A DNA stretch of 64,000 bases, from positions 2,497,695 through 2,561,694 of the forward strand of contig CAWCZS010000002.1 of NCBI GenBank assembly GCA_963800175.1. Direction: 5' to 3'. Shown piece after piece: positions 1-10,564 of this stretch. A program made the translations under genes and the position numbers. Position 1 is the first letter of the stretch, and the number at the start of each line of letters is the position of its first letter. The notes beneath the pieces were generated by a model, which had not been told where the DNA came from, ran no database searches, and saw only the letters and a list, made by a program, of their open reading frames with translations. The DNA is from Candidatus Dormiibacterota bacterium (lineage in GTDB: Bacteria; Chloroflexota; Dormibacteria; Aeolococcales; Aeolococcaceae).

Positions 1-1728
1 ACCGTCGGCTTCACGTATCTCACCGTTCGCCGGTGGTTCTCACCGGCAGCCGGGCTGATCGCCGGCGCGACGGTCGCGCTCACCCCGGTCGCGGCTCTGA
101 TGTTCCGGTTCGACAACCCGGATGCGCTGCTTGTGTTGCTCCTGACGATCGCCACCTACGCGACGGTCCGCGCGATCGAGGCCGGCAAGACCAAGTGGCT
201 CGTCCTCGCGGCAACGCTGGTCGGGTTCGCCTTCCTGACCAAGATGCTCCAGGCGTTCCTCGTCGTTCCGGCGTTCGGGCTCGTCTACCTCGTGGCGGCG
301 CCCGTGTCGCTGCGACGGCGGATCGCGCAACTCGCCATCGCGGCCGGGACGATGGTCGTCGCGTCAGGCTGGTGGGTGGCGATCGTCCAACTCACGCCTG
401 CAGCCGACCGGCCGTATATCGGCGGCTCGCAGGACAACAGCCTCCTCAATCTCATCTTCGGCTACAACGGATTCGGCAGGCTGACCGGCAATGAGGCGGG
501 GAGCGTCGGCGGATCGGGTGCTGCCGGCTCCATGTGGGGACCGACCGGGCTGGATCGCCTTTTCAACGCGAGCTTCGGCGGCCAGATCTCGTGGCTGCTT
601 CCCGCGGCGCTGATCCTGCTCGTTGCCGGGCTCGGCTTCACGCTGCTGCGCTCTCGCACCGATCGAACCCGGGCTGCGTTCCTGCTCTGGGGCGGCTCAC
701 TTGCCGTCACCGCGTTGGTCTTCAGCTTCGCGGCGGGGATCATCCACCCGTACTACACGGTCGCCCTGGCTCCCTCAATCGGGGCGCTTGTCGGCATGGG
801 CAGCGTGCTGTTCTGGCGTGAGCGCTCCAAGACCTGGGCGCGGCTCGTGCTGGCAGGCGCCGTCGCCGCCACGAGCGTGTGGTCGGCGGTGCTCCTCGAG
901 CGCAGCCCGCAATTCGCTCCCGGCCTTGCTGCCGCGGTTGCCGTCATCGGTGTCGGCGCTGCAGTTGCGATCGTCGGCCTGCCGCTCATGCACCGCAGGG
1001 TGGTTGCCGGAGTCGTCGTCGCAGGTCTTCTGGCGGCGTTCGCGGGTCCGGCGGCATACACCATCGATACGGTCCTCACCCCGCACTCCGGTGCCATCCC
1101 CTCAGCAGGGCCGACCGTGACGGCAGCAAATTCCGGCCCCGGCGGTGGCGCTGGTGGATTCCCCGGACGCGGAACGGGCGGATTCCCGGGCGTATCCGGC
1201 CGTGGAGGCTTCGGCGGCGGAAGTTTCCCGACTGGCGGGTTCGGCGGTGGCACATTCCCTGGAGCCGGCACGTTCCCCGGCGGCGGATTTGGTGGCGGCG
1301 GATTTGGCGGGGGCGGATTCGGCGCACCGCACGGAACCGGCGGCGCAGGCTTGGGCGGCGGAGGGTCGTTCCTCAACGCGAGCACACCGGGCGCGGCACT
1401 CGTCAGGTTGCTCGAGACCAACGCCAGTCATTACAGCTGGGTTGGTGCCACCATCGACGCTAACTCAGCGGCCGGATACCAGCTCGCGACAGACGATCCC
1501 ATCATGGCAATCGGCGGCTTCAACGGCACCGATCCGGCGCCGACACTCGCCCAGTTCGAGCAGTACGTCGCACAAGGGCGCATCCACTACTTCCTCGCAT
1601 CGGGCGGCGGTTTCGGTGGTGGCGGCAGCGGCACCTCGAGTCAGATCGAGCAGTGGGTCGAGCAGCACTTCACCGCGACGAGAGTCGACGGCGTGACCGT
1701 CTACGACCTGACGCAACCCGCGGCGTGA
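1..1728 (+). CDS. Glycosyltransferase family 39 (ArnT/PMT-like) integral membrane protein; 5' end outside the window
   Basis: Frame 1 is open from nt 1 (TVGFTYLTVRRWF...) and runs into listed ORF 100..1728. It has many hydrophobic helices typical of GT39/PMT_2, a Gly-rich GGFGGG linker at ~1135-1370, then a soluble C-terminal domain. Codon position 3 is strongly G/C. Confidence 0.8.
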   Translation, partial: TVGFTYLTVRRWFSPAAGLIAGATVALTPVAALMFRFDNPDALLVLLLTIATYATVRAIEAGKTKWLVLAATLVGFAFLTKMLQAFLVVPAFGLVYLVAAPVSLRRRIAQLAIAAGTMVVASGWWVAIVQLTPAADRPYIGGSQDNSLLNLIFGYNGFGRLTGNEAGSVGGSGAAGSMWGPTGLDRLFNASFGGQISWLLPAALILLVAGLGFTLLRSRTDRTRAAFLLWGGSLAVTALVFSFAAGIIHPYYTVALAPSIGALVGMGSVLFWRERSKTWARLVLAGAVAATSVWSAVLLERSPQFAPGLAAAVAVIGVGAAVAIVGLPLMHRRVVAGVVVAGLLAAFAGPAAYTIDTVLTPHSGAIPSAGPTVTAANSGPGGGAGGFPGRGTGGFPGVSGRGGFGGGSFPTGGFGGGTFPGAGTFPGGGFGGGGFGGGGFGAPHGTGGAGLGGGGSFLNASTPGAALVRLLETNASHYSWVGATIDANSAAGYQLATDDPIMAIGGFNGTDPAPTLAQFEQYVAQGRIHYFLASGGGFGGGGSGTSSQIEQWVEQHFTATRVDGVTVYDLTQPAA

Positions 1729-1733
1729 GCGTT

Positions 1734-2787
1734 CTAGCGACTCGTCCACGCGGCGGCCGATGTCGCATCGAGATCGACGCTCGCGTCGCTGACACGTCGC
1801 GTCGCGCTCGGGTGCAACCCACCGGCATTCGCGATGTACCAGAGCCCGAAGTTGCCGTCCGGGTCTGCGGCGTTCATGTACAGCAGGTTGTCGCCTGTCG
1901 GCGACCATGACGGCGAGTTGCACAGGCAGTTCGCGGCCAGCACGCGCAGCGGACCGAGTGTGTTGCCCTCGAGCGTCGCGACTTCGAGATCCGCGCTCTG
2001 CCCGGAGTTCGTGCAGACCATCGCCACGGTGACGCCATCCGGCGCGACGGCCGGCGCACCGCAGTCCTGCTGCGGGGTGGTGAGCGACTGCATCGGGCTG
2101 TTCGGGCCGGTCTGCAGTCCGAGCACGGTGACCACGGTCCCCTTGCCGGTGTTCGCATAGCTGGAGTAGAGGACGCCCCCGCTCGGCAGCGGCACGGGCT
2201 CGATGTCGCCGCCCGTGTACGCGTCCGGAACCGACCAGCGCGTTCCCCCGGCAACGCCGGTGTCGCCAATGCTGAAGGGCGCGCCGAGCGGCGCTGACCA
2301 GAGCGAGAAATCCACCTCGTAGCTCTTGTTCGGCGCCGGCTTCGGTGCGTCGGTCGCGAAATACACGTCGGTGCCATCAGGACCGACCGATGGCCAGAGG
2401 ATCCAGTGATCGAGCTGCAACGTCGCGTTGGTTGTCGACTGATCGTCAGATGTGAGCTGGCTCAGCACATGCCCCGCGGACGTCACGTGATACAGATCGG
2501 AGTACTCGTCGAATCTGCGGATCACCAGGAGCGATCCGTCCGCGAGCACGCGCGGCTGCGTCCAGTCCCCGCCCGACGGGCAGCGCGAGCTCACGGACCT
2601 TCGTCCCGCTGATCGCGTAGATGGCCCCTTCCTGGCTCACGTAGATCGTCCCCGGCAAGCGTACCTGCGGGCTCGTGTTGTCGATGAGCACTGCGGCGGT
2701 GGTATGCGACTGGAGCATGGCGAGCGCGCGGTTTGCGAGGAGCCCGCTCACGATCATCAGCGCGATGAGAACACTGGTGCGTCTCAT
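1734..2787 (-). CDS. Secreted TolB-like beta-propeller protein; frame broken by an apparent +1 indel near nt 2580
   Basis: The signal-anchor MRRTSVLIALMIVSGLLANRALA (ORF 2446..2787) continues in ORF 1734..2594 at the junction ...ELALP|SGGDWTQPRVLADG. The rest has a repetitive PDG/Trp/Gly beta-strand pattern. It starts 2 nt after the stop of the LCP gene. Confidence 0.6.
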
Positions 2788-2788
2788 C

Positions 2789-3823
2789 TCAGTTCGCCGG
2801 GAAGTATTTCGCGACCTCGGGCCGGATGAGCTGCCAGTTGGGTGCCAGCGCGTCCTGACCGCCGATGTACTCGCTGCTCGTGTACGGGGGAAGCAGCACC
2901 ACCTGCGTGATCGATGCCAGCGGCACCGATCCGGCGATCGGCAGCAACCCGCTCACCTGACCGATGCTCATGTCGGTCTGGAAGTTGGAGCCGAGCGATG
3001 TCGCGAGCGTCGGAATATCGGTGAGCGACACGCTCTTCGTCTTGGCGCGCAGCGCGATGAGAATCTGCTGCTGCCGCTGCGAGCGCGCGAAGTCGCCGTA
3101 CGCGTCGTCGTGACGCGCACGCACGTACTCGAGCGCGAGCGTCCCGCTCATGTGCTGCGCGCCCGGCAGCACGAGAATTCGCTCGTAATCAAAGGGATTT
3201 CCACCGGAGAGGTCTGCCGGGTAGTAGTCGTCCATCACCGGGTTGTTGGCGATCACGTTGACGCCGCCAAGCTGGTTCAGCACCGACACGAGGCCCTGGA
3301 GGCCGATCCACGCGTAGTAGTCGATATGGACCCGCAGGTCCTGTTCCACCGTCTGGATCGCGCACTGCGCGCCACCGTGCAGGAACGCCTGGTCGATCTT
3401 TCCGTTGCGTCCGGTGCACAGCCGCACCCAGAGGTCCCGCGGGATCGAGAGCATCGTCACGTGCTTGGTCGCGGGATCGACCCGCGTGAGGATCATCGAC
3501 TGGGTCAGGTAGTCGCCGTTGAACTTCGAATCGCTGTCCGAACCGAGGAGCAGCAGCGTGAAGGGCGCCGTGGCCGAGAGGTTCTCGCTCGCCGAGACCG
3601 GCTTGAGCTGCGATGTGCCGCCGAGCGAGGTGTTGACCTGCCCTGTGTCATGGAGCGCAACCTGGAGCGCCGGCAGGAAGTACAGCGCAACGCCGGCCAC
3701 GATCGAGAAAAGGAAACCTGCTGCGACGAAGGTTCCGCGGGTGAACCGCTGCCGGCCGGTCTTCCGGGATGCGCGCCGACGGCGGACCGTGCGGCGGCCG
3801 GAAAGATCGTACGAACGAGACAA
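2789..3823 (-). CDS. LytR-CpsA-Psr (LCP) family cell-envelope phosphotransferase
   Basis: N-terminal basic tail plus one TM helix. LCP core motifs are visible: FTLLLLGSDSD, TQSMILTRVDP, MLSIPRDLWV, INQAF-like KIDQAFLHGG, ARHDDAYGDFARSQRQQQIL. Confidence 0.9.
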   Translation of the reverse strand: MSRSYDLSGRRTVRRRRASRKTGRQRFTRGTFVAAGFLFSIVAGVALYFLPALQVALHDTGQVNTSLGGTSQLKPVSASENLSATAPFTLLLLGSDSDSKFNGDYLTQSMILTRVDPATKHVTMLSIPRDLWVRLCTGRNGKIDQAFLHGGAQCAIQTVEQDLRVHIDYYAWIGLQGLVSVLNQLGGVNVIANNPVMDDYYPADLSGGNPFDYERILVLPGAQHMSGTLALEYVRARHDDAYGDFARSQRQQQILIALRAKTKSVSLTDIPTLATSLGSNFQTDMSIGQVSGLLPIAGSVPLASITQVVLLPPYTSSEYIGGQDALAPNWQLIRPEVAKYFPAN

Positions 3824-3961
3824 CCTCGAACCTCAGGTGGGACGTTGAGTGGAACAGCGAGTTCAAGGACGGGCCGCGACGGGCACCGCCGCGGGTGTCA
3901 GATGGTACCCCGAGGTCGCGTGTTGCGACCGCGAAACTGCATGTACGCTCTCCTCGTGACG

Positions 3962-4595
3962 ATGAGCAAGGCACGTCTCGAGGCATTCAGCGACGGCGTC
4001 ATCGCCGTCGCGATCACGCTCCTCGCGCTCGACCTCACGGTCCCCGAACCGGGGCATGTCTCGCTGCTCCAGCAACTCGGCGATCACTGGCCCCAGTTCG
4101 CCGCTTACGCGGTCAGCTTCTTCACCGTCGGCATCATCTGGGTGAACCATCACGCGCGTGTGAGCATGATCGCGAGGGTCGATCGAACGTTGCTGTTCAT
4201 CAACCTCGTGCTGCTGATGTTCGTCGTGCTCATCCCGTTTGCCACCTCGACGATGGCCACGTATCTCATTCGCGGGAACCGAGGAGTCGCACGTCGCGAT
4301 GGCGCTGTACGCGGGAGTGCTCGAGGGAATGGCGTTGAGCTTCAGCGCGATGTTCGAGTGGTCGCTGCGCGAAGGACGAACGTACGTGATCGTGCCCGAC
4401 GATCAGCGGCGCAAGACACGGCTGCGCACGTCGATCGGCGCGATCGTGTACCTCGTCGTGATCATCCTGGCGTTCATCAGCGCGCCGGTGGCGCTCGCGA
4501 TTGCCGGCTTGACCGCCGTGTACTACATCTTCGCGCCGGTGCCGCACTCCGCCGCCAGTCCCGACCTGCTAGAACTGGAAGCAGGCGAATCGTGA
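3962..4595 (+). CDS. TMEM175/DUF1211 family potassium channel; frame broken by an apparent +1 indel near nt 4270
   Basis: MSKARLEAFSDGVIAVAITLLALDL is the hallmark N-terminus of the family. The first part lies in the frame of ORF 2675..4708 and the rest in ORF 4239..4595, joined at ...TMATYLI|AGTEESHVAMALYAGV. Confidence 0.75.
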
Positions 4596-4710
4596 TGTGC
4601 CGGGGCGGCCGCAAGGGTCTCAGCAATGTCACAGAGACGGCTCAGGCCACACTGAGCATCGAGGGTCATGCTCGAGAGTGTCACCCAATTGAAAACCTCG
4701 GAGCCTGAAG

Positions 4711-6006
4711 ATGACCAACGAGATGCAGGACTACCGCCCAAACGATCCGCCCCCGCCGCCGCCTGCTGAGCCATACGGCGGTTACTACAGCCCGTGGTCG
4801 GCCGACCCGACCTGGGGTCCGCCCACCTGGCCACCGTCGCAGCAGGCCAAGAGCGGCTCCGGATTTCGCCGGACCGCGCTTGCGGTCTTTGCGATTGCGT
4901 GCGTCGGCGCAGGCGGCGGTACTGCGTGGGCGCTCACGACGACGTCAGCATCCAGCCCGTCCACTGCGTCGCAGGGCTCCGGGTCAACCGGAACCGGGCA
5001 AAACCCAGGCGGGAGCAGCACTTCGCCGTCCACCGGCACCATCTCGGCGGCCACGGTCGCGCAGATCAACTCCGCAGTCGTCGACATCACCGCCGATACG
5101 GCGGGTGGCCAGGGCGAAGTCGCCGGCACGGGGATGATCATCACCTCCAACGGTGAGGTGCTCACCAACAACCACGTCATCGACGACACCGTCAACATCC
5201 ACGCGCAGATTGACGGCACCGGGACTGTGTACTCGGTGAAGGTGATCGGCTACGACGCCAGTGACGACGTTGCGTTGGTGCAGCTCGAGAACGCATCCGG
5301 CCTCCCGACTGTTCCCATCGGCGACTCATCGACGCTCATACCCGGCGACGCCATCACGGTGCTGGGCAACGCCGAAGGCGAGGGTGGAACGCCGGCAGAG
5401 GTCACAGGCACGGTGTCGGACCTCGACCAGCAGATCACCGCGAGCGACGACAGCGGTGACACCGAGACCCTCACCGGCATGCTCGAGGTCAACGCAGGGA
5501 TCGTGCCCGGCGACTCGGGAGGCCCCGAGGTCGACTCCGCCGGCAAGGTGATCGGCATGACCACCGCCGGTCAGACCTCCGGGAATCCCGGCCACGAGGC
5601 AGCCTCCACCATCGGGTTCGCGATCCCGATCAACAAGGCAATGCAGATCATCTCCGAGATCCGCGCCGGCAGCGGACCGCACATCCACATCGGGTATGCG
5701 GCGCTCCTCGGCGTCGAGGTCTCCACCGAGGAGCCCGTCACCGAGCCGAACTGCACCACGTCAGCTGCGACAACCGGCGCCTGGGTGAGCACCGTCGTGC
5801 CGAACGGCCCTGCTGCCGGGACGAGCCTGGCATCTTGCGGGCGGATCACCGCCATTGGTGGAATCTCGGTGGCCAACCAGAACGACCTCCACAACGCGAT
5901 GGAAAGCTTTGTCCCCGGTCAGACGGTGACGCTCACCTGGATGGACTCGTCCGCCCAGACGCACAGCGCCACGATCACCCTGGGCACCGCCACCTTCCCC
6001 GACTGA
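4711..6006 (+). CDS. HtrA/DegP-like trypsin-fold serine protease with C-terminal PDZ domain
   Basis: Pro-rich cytoplasmic tail and one TM helix. Catalytic triad contexts are present (TNNHVI, DDVALVQL, GDSGGP), followed by a PDZ-like tail. A GGAG lies 8 nt upstream of the ATG. Confidence 0.9.
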   Translation: MTNEMQDYRPNDPPPPPPAEPYGGYYSPWSADPTWGPPTWPPSQQAKSGSGFRRTALAVFAIACVGAGGGTAWALTTTSASSPSTASQGSGSTGTGQNPGGSSTSPSTGTISAATVAQINSAVVDITADTAGGQGEVAGTGMIITSNGEVLTNNHVIDDTVNIHAQIDGTGTVYSVKVIGYDASDDVALVQLENASGLPTVPIGDSSTLIPGDAITVLGNAEGEGGTPAEVTGTVSDLDQQITASDDSGDTETLTGMLEVNAGIVPGDSGGPEVDSAGKVIGMTTAGQTSGNPGHEAASTIGFAIPINKAMQIISEIRAGSGPHIHIGYAALLGVEVSTEEPVTEPNCTTSAATTGAWVSTVVPNGPAAGTSLASCGRITAIGGISVANQNDLHNAMESFVPGQTVTLTWMDSSAQTHSATITLGTATFPD

Positions 6007-6022
6007 ACCTCTCTCCCCCACT

Positions 6023-6058
6023 GCGGGGTCGGGCCGGGCTGATGAGGTCCGACCCCGC
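6023..6058 (+). terminator. Stem-loop downstream of the htrA-like gene
   Basis: gcggggtcgg (6023-6032) pairs perfectly with ccgaccccgc (6049-6058). It begins 17 nt after the stop codon. There is no U-tract, as is common in GC-rich genomes. Confidence 0.45.
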
Positions 6059-6209
6059 GTCGGGACGCACGTATCCCATTCCCCGTAACACCAGCGATTC
6101 CGGCACGTCATGACGCGTTTGAAGCGTCAACGCTATAACTCAGAAAGCCCCTGAGGGGGGCCCGCCGGAGCCGGCGCCAGGCTCACGCGGGAGATCGCGA
6201 TGCACAGGG

Positions 6210-8875
6210 ATGTGTGACGTGTCACGAGTTGTGGTGACCGCCAGGCAGCGTGCGGATGACGCCAGGGCAGGCCCGGAACACCGGCCCACGGCAAGCGGTG
6301 GCAGCGTCGCGCCCATCTGGGTGCTGAATGTCGTGCTGTCGCTGGCGGCCGGCGCCGTCTACGTGATCGGGATCGCGCCGCTGCCGCACAAGACCCCGGC
6401 AACGATCTTCCTCATCGCAGCCTTCGTGGCGAGCTTCGCCGCCGGCGAGTGGTGGCGGGTGTTCATCCACTTCCGCCAGGAGGCGCAGTCCTTTTCGCTG
6501 AGCGAGATCCCACTGGTGATCGGCGTCTTCCTGTTCGCCGGCGACCCGGGGCCCCTCGTGCTCGCCCGCGTGCTCGGCGCGGCGATCGGCCTTGGCCTCC
6601 TTCGCAGGCAGGATCCGATGAAGCTCCTCTTCAACCTGGCCAGCTTCGCGCTCGAGACCGAGACGGTGACGCTCCTCGTCCACCACATCTCCGGCACCGA
6701 CGCGACGAACCCGTGGACGTGCCTCTGGGTGCTGCTGTTCATGTCTGCCGCGTCGCTCCTCGGTCTCGCATTGACGGTGATTGCGATCTCGCTTGCCGAG
6801 GGCCGCCCGTCGCGCCACCAGTGGTTCCAGCCGACGGTGATCGTGCTGGTCGGCGGATTCGCCAACTGCAGCATCGGCCTCGTGGTGGTCGTCTTGCTGC
6901 ACCTCGATGCATGGGTGCTGCTGCTGCTCCTGACCCCGCTCGCCGCAATCGGCGCCTCGTACGTGCTCTACACACGCGAGCATCAGAAGCACCAGCGCCT
7001 GCAATATCTCTACGAGTTCGAGCGACATGCTCCAGCGCGCGAGCTCCGATGGCGCTGCAATCCGGGAGCTACTCGACCAGCTTTGTAAAGTGTTCCGGGC
7101 GGATATCGCGACGGTGTGCCTGCTACCGGTGGCAACGGGGACCGGGTCATGGCGCACGATCAGCATGACGCGGGGGATGAGTAACAACGTCGACAGTGCG
7201 CTGAGCCCCGAGCTCCTCGAACGGTTCGTGCCACTTCTGGATGAAACCAAGCGCGGCCTCATCGCGACGCACTCGACGTCGGATCCGGAGCTGCGGAAGT
7301 GGCTCGCCGAGCAGGGGTATCGCGACGCGATGGCGACACTGCTGCAGGGCGAGGGGATGCTGCTGGGAACCCTTGTTGTCGCCAACCGGCTGAGCGACGT
7401 CGGCTCATTCGACACCGACGACCTCCAATTCTTTGATGCTTTCGCCGCGCAGACGAGCGTCGCGGTGCAGAACACGCGCCTCGGTCACCGCCTTCGCCAG
7501 CAGGCGTTCCACGACACGCTCACCGACCTTGCCAATCGCGCGCTGTTCATGGACCGCCTCGAGCACGCGCTCACCCGTCGCGAGCGGCATGACGAGTTGC
7601 TGGCAGTGATGTTTCTCGACCTGGACGATTTCAAGGAGATCAACGACAGCCTCGGACATATGGCCGGCGACGAGCTGCTGGCGCGCGTCGCGGATCGCCT
7701 GAACTTGGTGCTCCGCGCCTCTGACACTGCCGCTCGTTTCGGTGGTGATGAGTTCGCGATCCTCGTCGAGGAGACGGCCGATCCCGAGGACACCATTCGA
7801 GTGGCGGAGCGTGTCGTCTCGGTGTTCAAGCCGCGCTTCATGCTCGCCGGACGCGAGGTCACGATCAGTGCATCGGTGGGCGTTGCAGTGACGGCCTCTC
7901 GCGATATCACCGCGGAGGAGCTGGTCGGTCAGGCGGACGTCGCCATGTACCGAGCCAAGGTCAAGGGCAAGGACACGTACGAGATCTTCGAGCCGGGCAT
8001 GCAGGACGTGGTCGCCAGGCGTCTCGAGGTGCGCACCGACCTCGAGCGGGCCATCGATCGCAACGAGCTCGTGGTCATGTACCAGCCGATCGTCGACATC
8101 ACCACCAGCACGCCCGTCGGCGTCGAGGCGCTCGTGCGCTGGAAGACATCCGCGCTGGGGCATGGTCGCGCCACTCGAGTTCATCGGGATCGCCGAGGAG
8201 ACCGGGATGATCCGCGAGCTCGGCCTCTACGTCCTCGAGGAGGCGTGCCGGCAGTGGCAGGAGTGGCAGGTCGAGCTCATCGATGAGCCCGCATTCACGG
8301 TGAGCGTCAACGTGTCGCCGCGGCAGCTGCGCGACCCGAGCTTCGTGAGCGAGGTGTGGCGCATCCTCACGCGGGCCGGCCTCCCGCCATCGCATCTGAC
8401 GCTGGAAATCACCGAGAGCTTCATGGTGGACGACCCGGAGAGTGCGCGAGCGCGGCTGCGGGAGCTGAAAGCGCTTGGTGTGCGCATCTCGATGGACGAC
8501 TTCGGTACCGGCTATTCCTCGCTCGCGTCCCTGCAGGATCTGCCGTTGGACGTGCTGAAGATCGACAAGCTCTTCGTCGACCACGTGGCCGAGGACCCGC
8601 GCCGGACCGCGTTCGCGCAGGCGATCATCCGGATGGGCAAGACGCTCGGGCTCGGGCTGATTGCCGAGGGTGTGGAGAACGCCGAGCAGGCCGAGCGTTT
8701 GCAGAGCCTCGGGTGCCGGTTTGCGCAGGGCTTCTACTTCTCGAGGCCGGTTGCCGCCGACGAGATCAAGCGGATGCTGCATGCGTCGCACGCCATCCGC
8801 GTAGCGGGCGGGCGGTGGTCGGAAACCGAGCCGGAGCGGCGTGCTTGGCTTCGCGTGCTCGAGGAGAGCGCGTAG
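6210..8875 (+). CDS. Membrane-anchored GAF-GGDEF-EAL cyclic-di-GMP turnover protein; frame broken twice (near 7020 and 8160)
   Basis: Three consecutive ORFs (6210..7088, 7027..8286, 8162..8875) together give a multi-TM N-domain, a GAF-like segment, a GGDEF domain (RFGGDEFAIL) and an EAL domain (EALVRW, DDFGTGYSSL, KIDK, EGVE). The junctions are ...LYEF|..MLQRASS and ...WKTSALG|MVAPLEFIGIAEETG. Confidence 0.85.
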
Positions 8876-9030
8876 GGGTCTTCGCGGTGGCGGTGGGGCT
8901 GTGGTGTTTGGGTGTCGTTGTACGCGTGTGTTGGATGCTAACACAGATTTGTGTATGCTACAGGAATGTGTAGTGCGAAGCGGCCGGGACGATCCGCTCG
9001 GCGACGCTCCTGCGGGCCATCGAGCGCTAC

Positions 9031-10359
9031 ATGCTGGACACCCAGGCCTGGAGGCGACTCCCCGCGAGGCTCGGCGACTGCCTGATCCGCCTTCGCCACG
9101 GGATCGATCTGTTGGAGCTCGATTTCGCGATCGGCGCTTCCAGGTTCGCGTTGACCGACGAGTACGAGGCTGCGGGGTCGGTCTCCCCGATTGACTGGAT
9201 CCGGCACAACTGCCACATGACGAGCGGGGCCGCGGCGAAAGCCGTGAACTCGGGCGATCAGGCGGGCCAGCTGCCGGCGAGCGTGACGGCGCTGCACGCG
9301 GGGGAGATCGGATTCGCGCACTTCTCGTTGCTGGCGAGCGTGGCTCGGGCGGTGAGTGCTCCGAAGTGGGTCGCGGCCACGAGCCTCGATGGGGCGGATC
9401 TCGACGCCGGAGTTGATGCCACGGATGGCGATGCCGGAGCGGATCCCACGATACCGGCCGGCGCCGGCGACGATGGCGGCGCAGACCCAACGGACTCCGC
9501 GGATCCCACTCCGCCGGTCGGCACCATCGGCTTCGACGAGCGCCCGCTCCTGGAGATGGCCCGCGAGCACTCCGTCGGCCGCTTCGGCATGGACTGCACC
9601 CACGCCCGGCATGTGTACGACGCGGCCGCCGTCCTCCGCGAGCACGTCGACAACGCCGAGCGCAACCGCTGCGAGTTCACCGACTGCGAAGGTGGCTTCC
9701 TCGCCGTGAAGGGATACTTCGATCCCATCGCCGCGGCCACCCTCAAGACCGCGGTGTTCCCCCTCGCCAAGCCGAGCGGCGCTCGCGACACGCGGCGCTT
9801 CGAGCGCCGCCTCGCCGACGCCCTGGTCGAGGTGGCCGCCCACGCGCTCGACATCGGCGCGGTCCCCGGCAGCGGCGGGACCAGAACCCATCTCCAGCTC
9901 ACCGCTTCAGTGGAGACGGTGATGGCTCTGGACGGTGCACCCGGCGGCGTCCTCGAGTACGGCGGCGCGGTCACCGCCACCACGGTGCAGCGGCTCACCT
10001 GCGATGCCGGTGTCCGGCGCATCCTGCTCGGCCCCAAGTCGGCCGTGATCGAGGTCGGCCGGGAGCTCCGCCTCCCCGGCGTCGCTGCCCGGGCAGCGCT
10101 CCAGGCTCGCTCCGGCGGCTGCGAATGGCCGAAGTGCGATCGGCCCGTGGCCTTCACCAATGCCCATCACATGGTCCACTGGGGCCAGGGCGGCACCACC
10201 GACGTGGCCAATCTTGTCCTGCTCTGCTATCGCCACCACTGGATGATCCACGAGGGTGGCTGGCAACTGGCCCGAGACGAGAAGGGACGCATGCTCGCCA
10301 TCGCCCCCACCCCCATCTTTCGCACCTGGGCCCGCGCTCCTGACGGCGTCGGAGTGTAG
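9031..10359 (+). CDS. DUF222 domain HNH endonuclease (REP13E12-type protein)
   Basis: The N-terminal DUF222-like region and a C-terminal HNH box (CEWPKCDRPVAFTNAHHMVHWGQGGTTDVANLVLLCYRHHWMIHEGGW) are typical of the actinobacterial 13E12 repeat family. Confidence 0.85.
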   Translation: MLDTQAWRRLPARLGDCLIRLRHGIDLLELDFAIGASRFALTDEYEAAGSVSPIDWIRHNCHMTSGAAAKAVNSGDQAGQLPASVTALHAGEIGFAHFSLLASVARAVSAPKWVAATSLDGADLDAGVDATDGDAGADPTIPAGAGDDGGADPTDSADPTPPVGTIGFDERPLLEMAREHSVGRFGMDCTHARHVYDAAAVLREHVDNAERNRCEFTDCEGGFLAVKGYFDPIAAATLKTAVFPLAKPSGARDTRRFERRLADALVEVAAHALDIGAVPGSGGTRTHLQLTASVETVMALDGAPGGVLEYGGAVTATTVQRLTCDAGVRRILLGPKSAVIEVGRELRLPGVAARAALQARSGGCEWPKCDRPVAFTNAHHMVHWGQGGTTDVANLVLLCYRHHWMIHEGGWQLARDEKGRMLAIAPTPIFRTWARAPDGVGV

Positions 10360-10383
10360 CGGCTGCTGGTTGTTGCGCTCCGC

Positions 10384-10466
10384 GGGCCCGCACGCGATGT
10401 GAGGCGACTATCAATTGCGCCCCATGGGCCGGCACGCGATGTGAGGCGACTATGCAATTGCGACCC
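10384..10466. repeat. Two tandem ~41-bp direct repeats downstream of the HNH gene
   Basis: gggcccgcacgcgatgtgaggcgactatcaattgcgcccc (10384-10423) is followed by gggccggcacgcgatgtgaggcgactatgcaattgcgaccc (10426-10466). Each copy contains a caattg core. Confidence 0.8.
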
Positions 10467-10564
10467 AACTGTCTGCACGGATGAAAGCCGACGCCCGCGA
10501 TGCTCGCGACCTGATTCGGTACTGCTCTGACGTCCATCCCGAGTAGCCGTACACTCGACCGGCA

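Noticed and set aside
2675-4708. 677-aa forward ORF that appears to be the largest gene in the first 5 kb
   Set aside because: Its first ~1.2 kb is antisense to the clearly genuine LCP gene and translates to Arg-rich noise. Only the segment from 3962 onward (TMEM175-type channel) is real.
8099-9490. 463-aa reverse-strand ORF, extremely rich in Arg, Pro and Ser
   Set aside because: It lies antisense to the well-supported EAL domain and HNH genes and has no recognisable domain. Its composition is typical of out-of-frame or antisense reading in GC-rich DNA.
8876-10564. Prophage or integrative element around the HNH gene
   Set aside because: There is no integrase, recombinase, tRNA target, direct target-site duplication or phage structural gene. 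Only a single REP13E12-type gene with unusual flanks can be supported.
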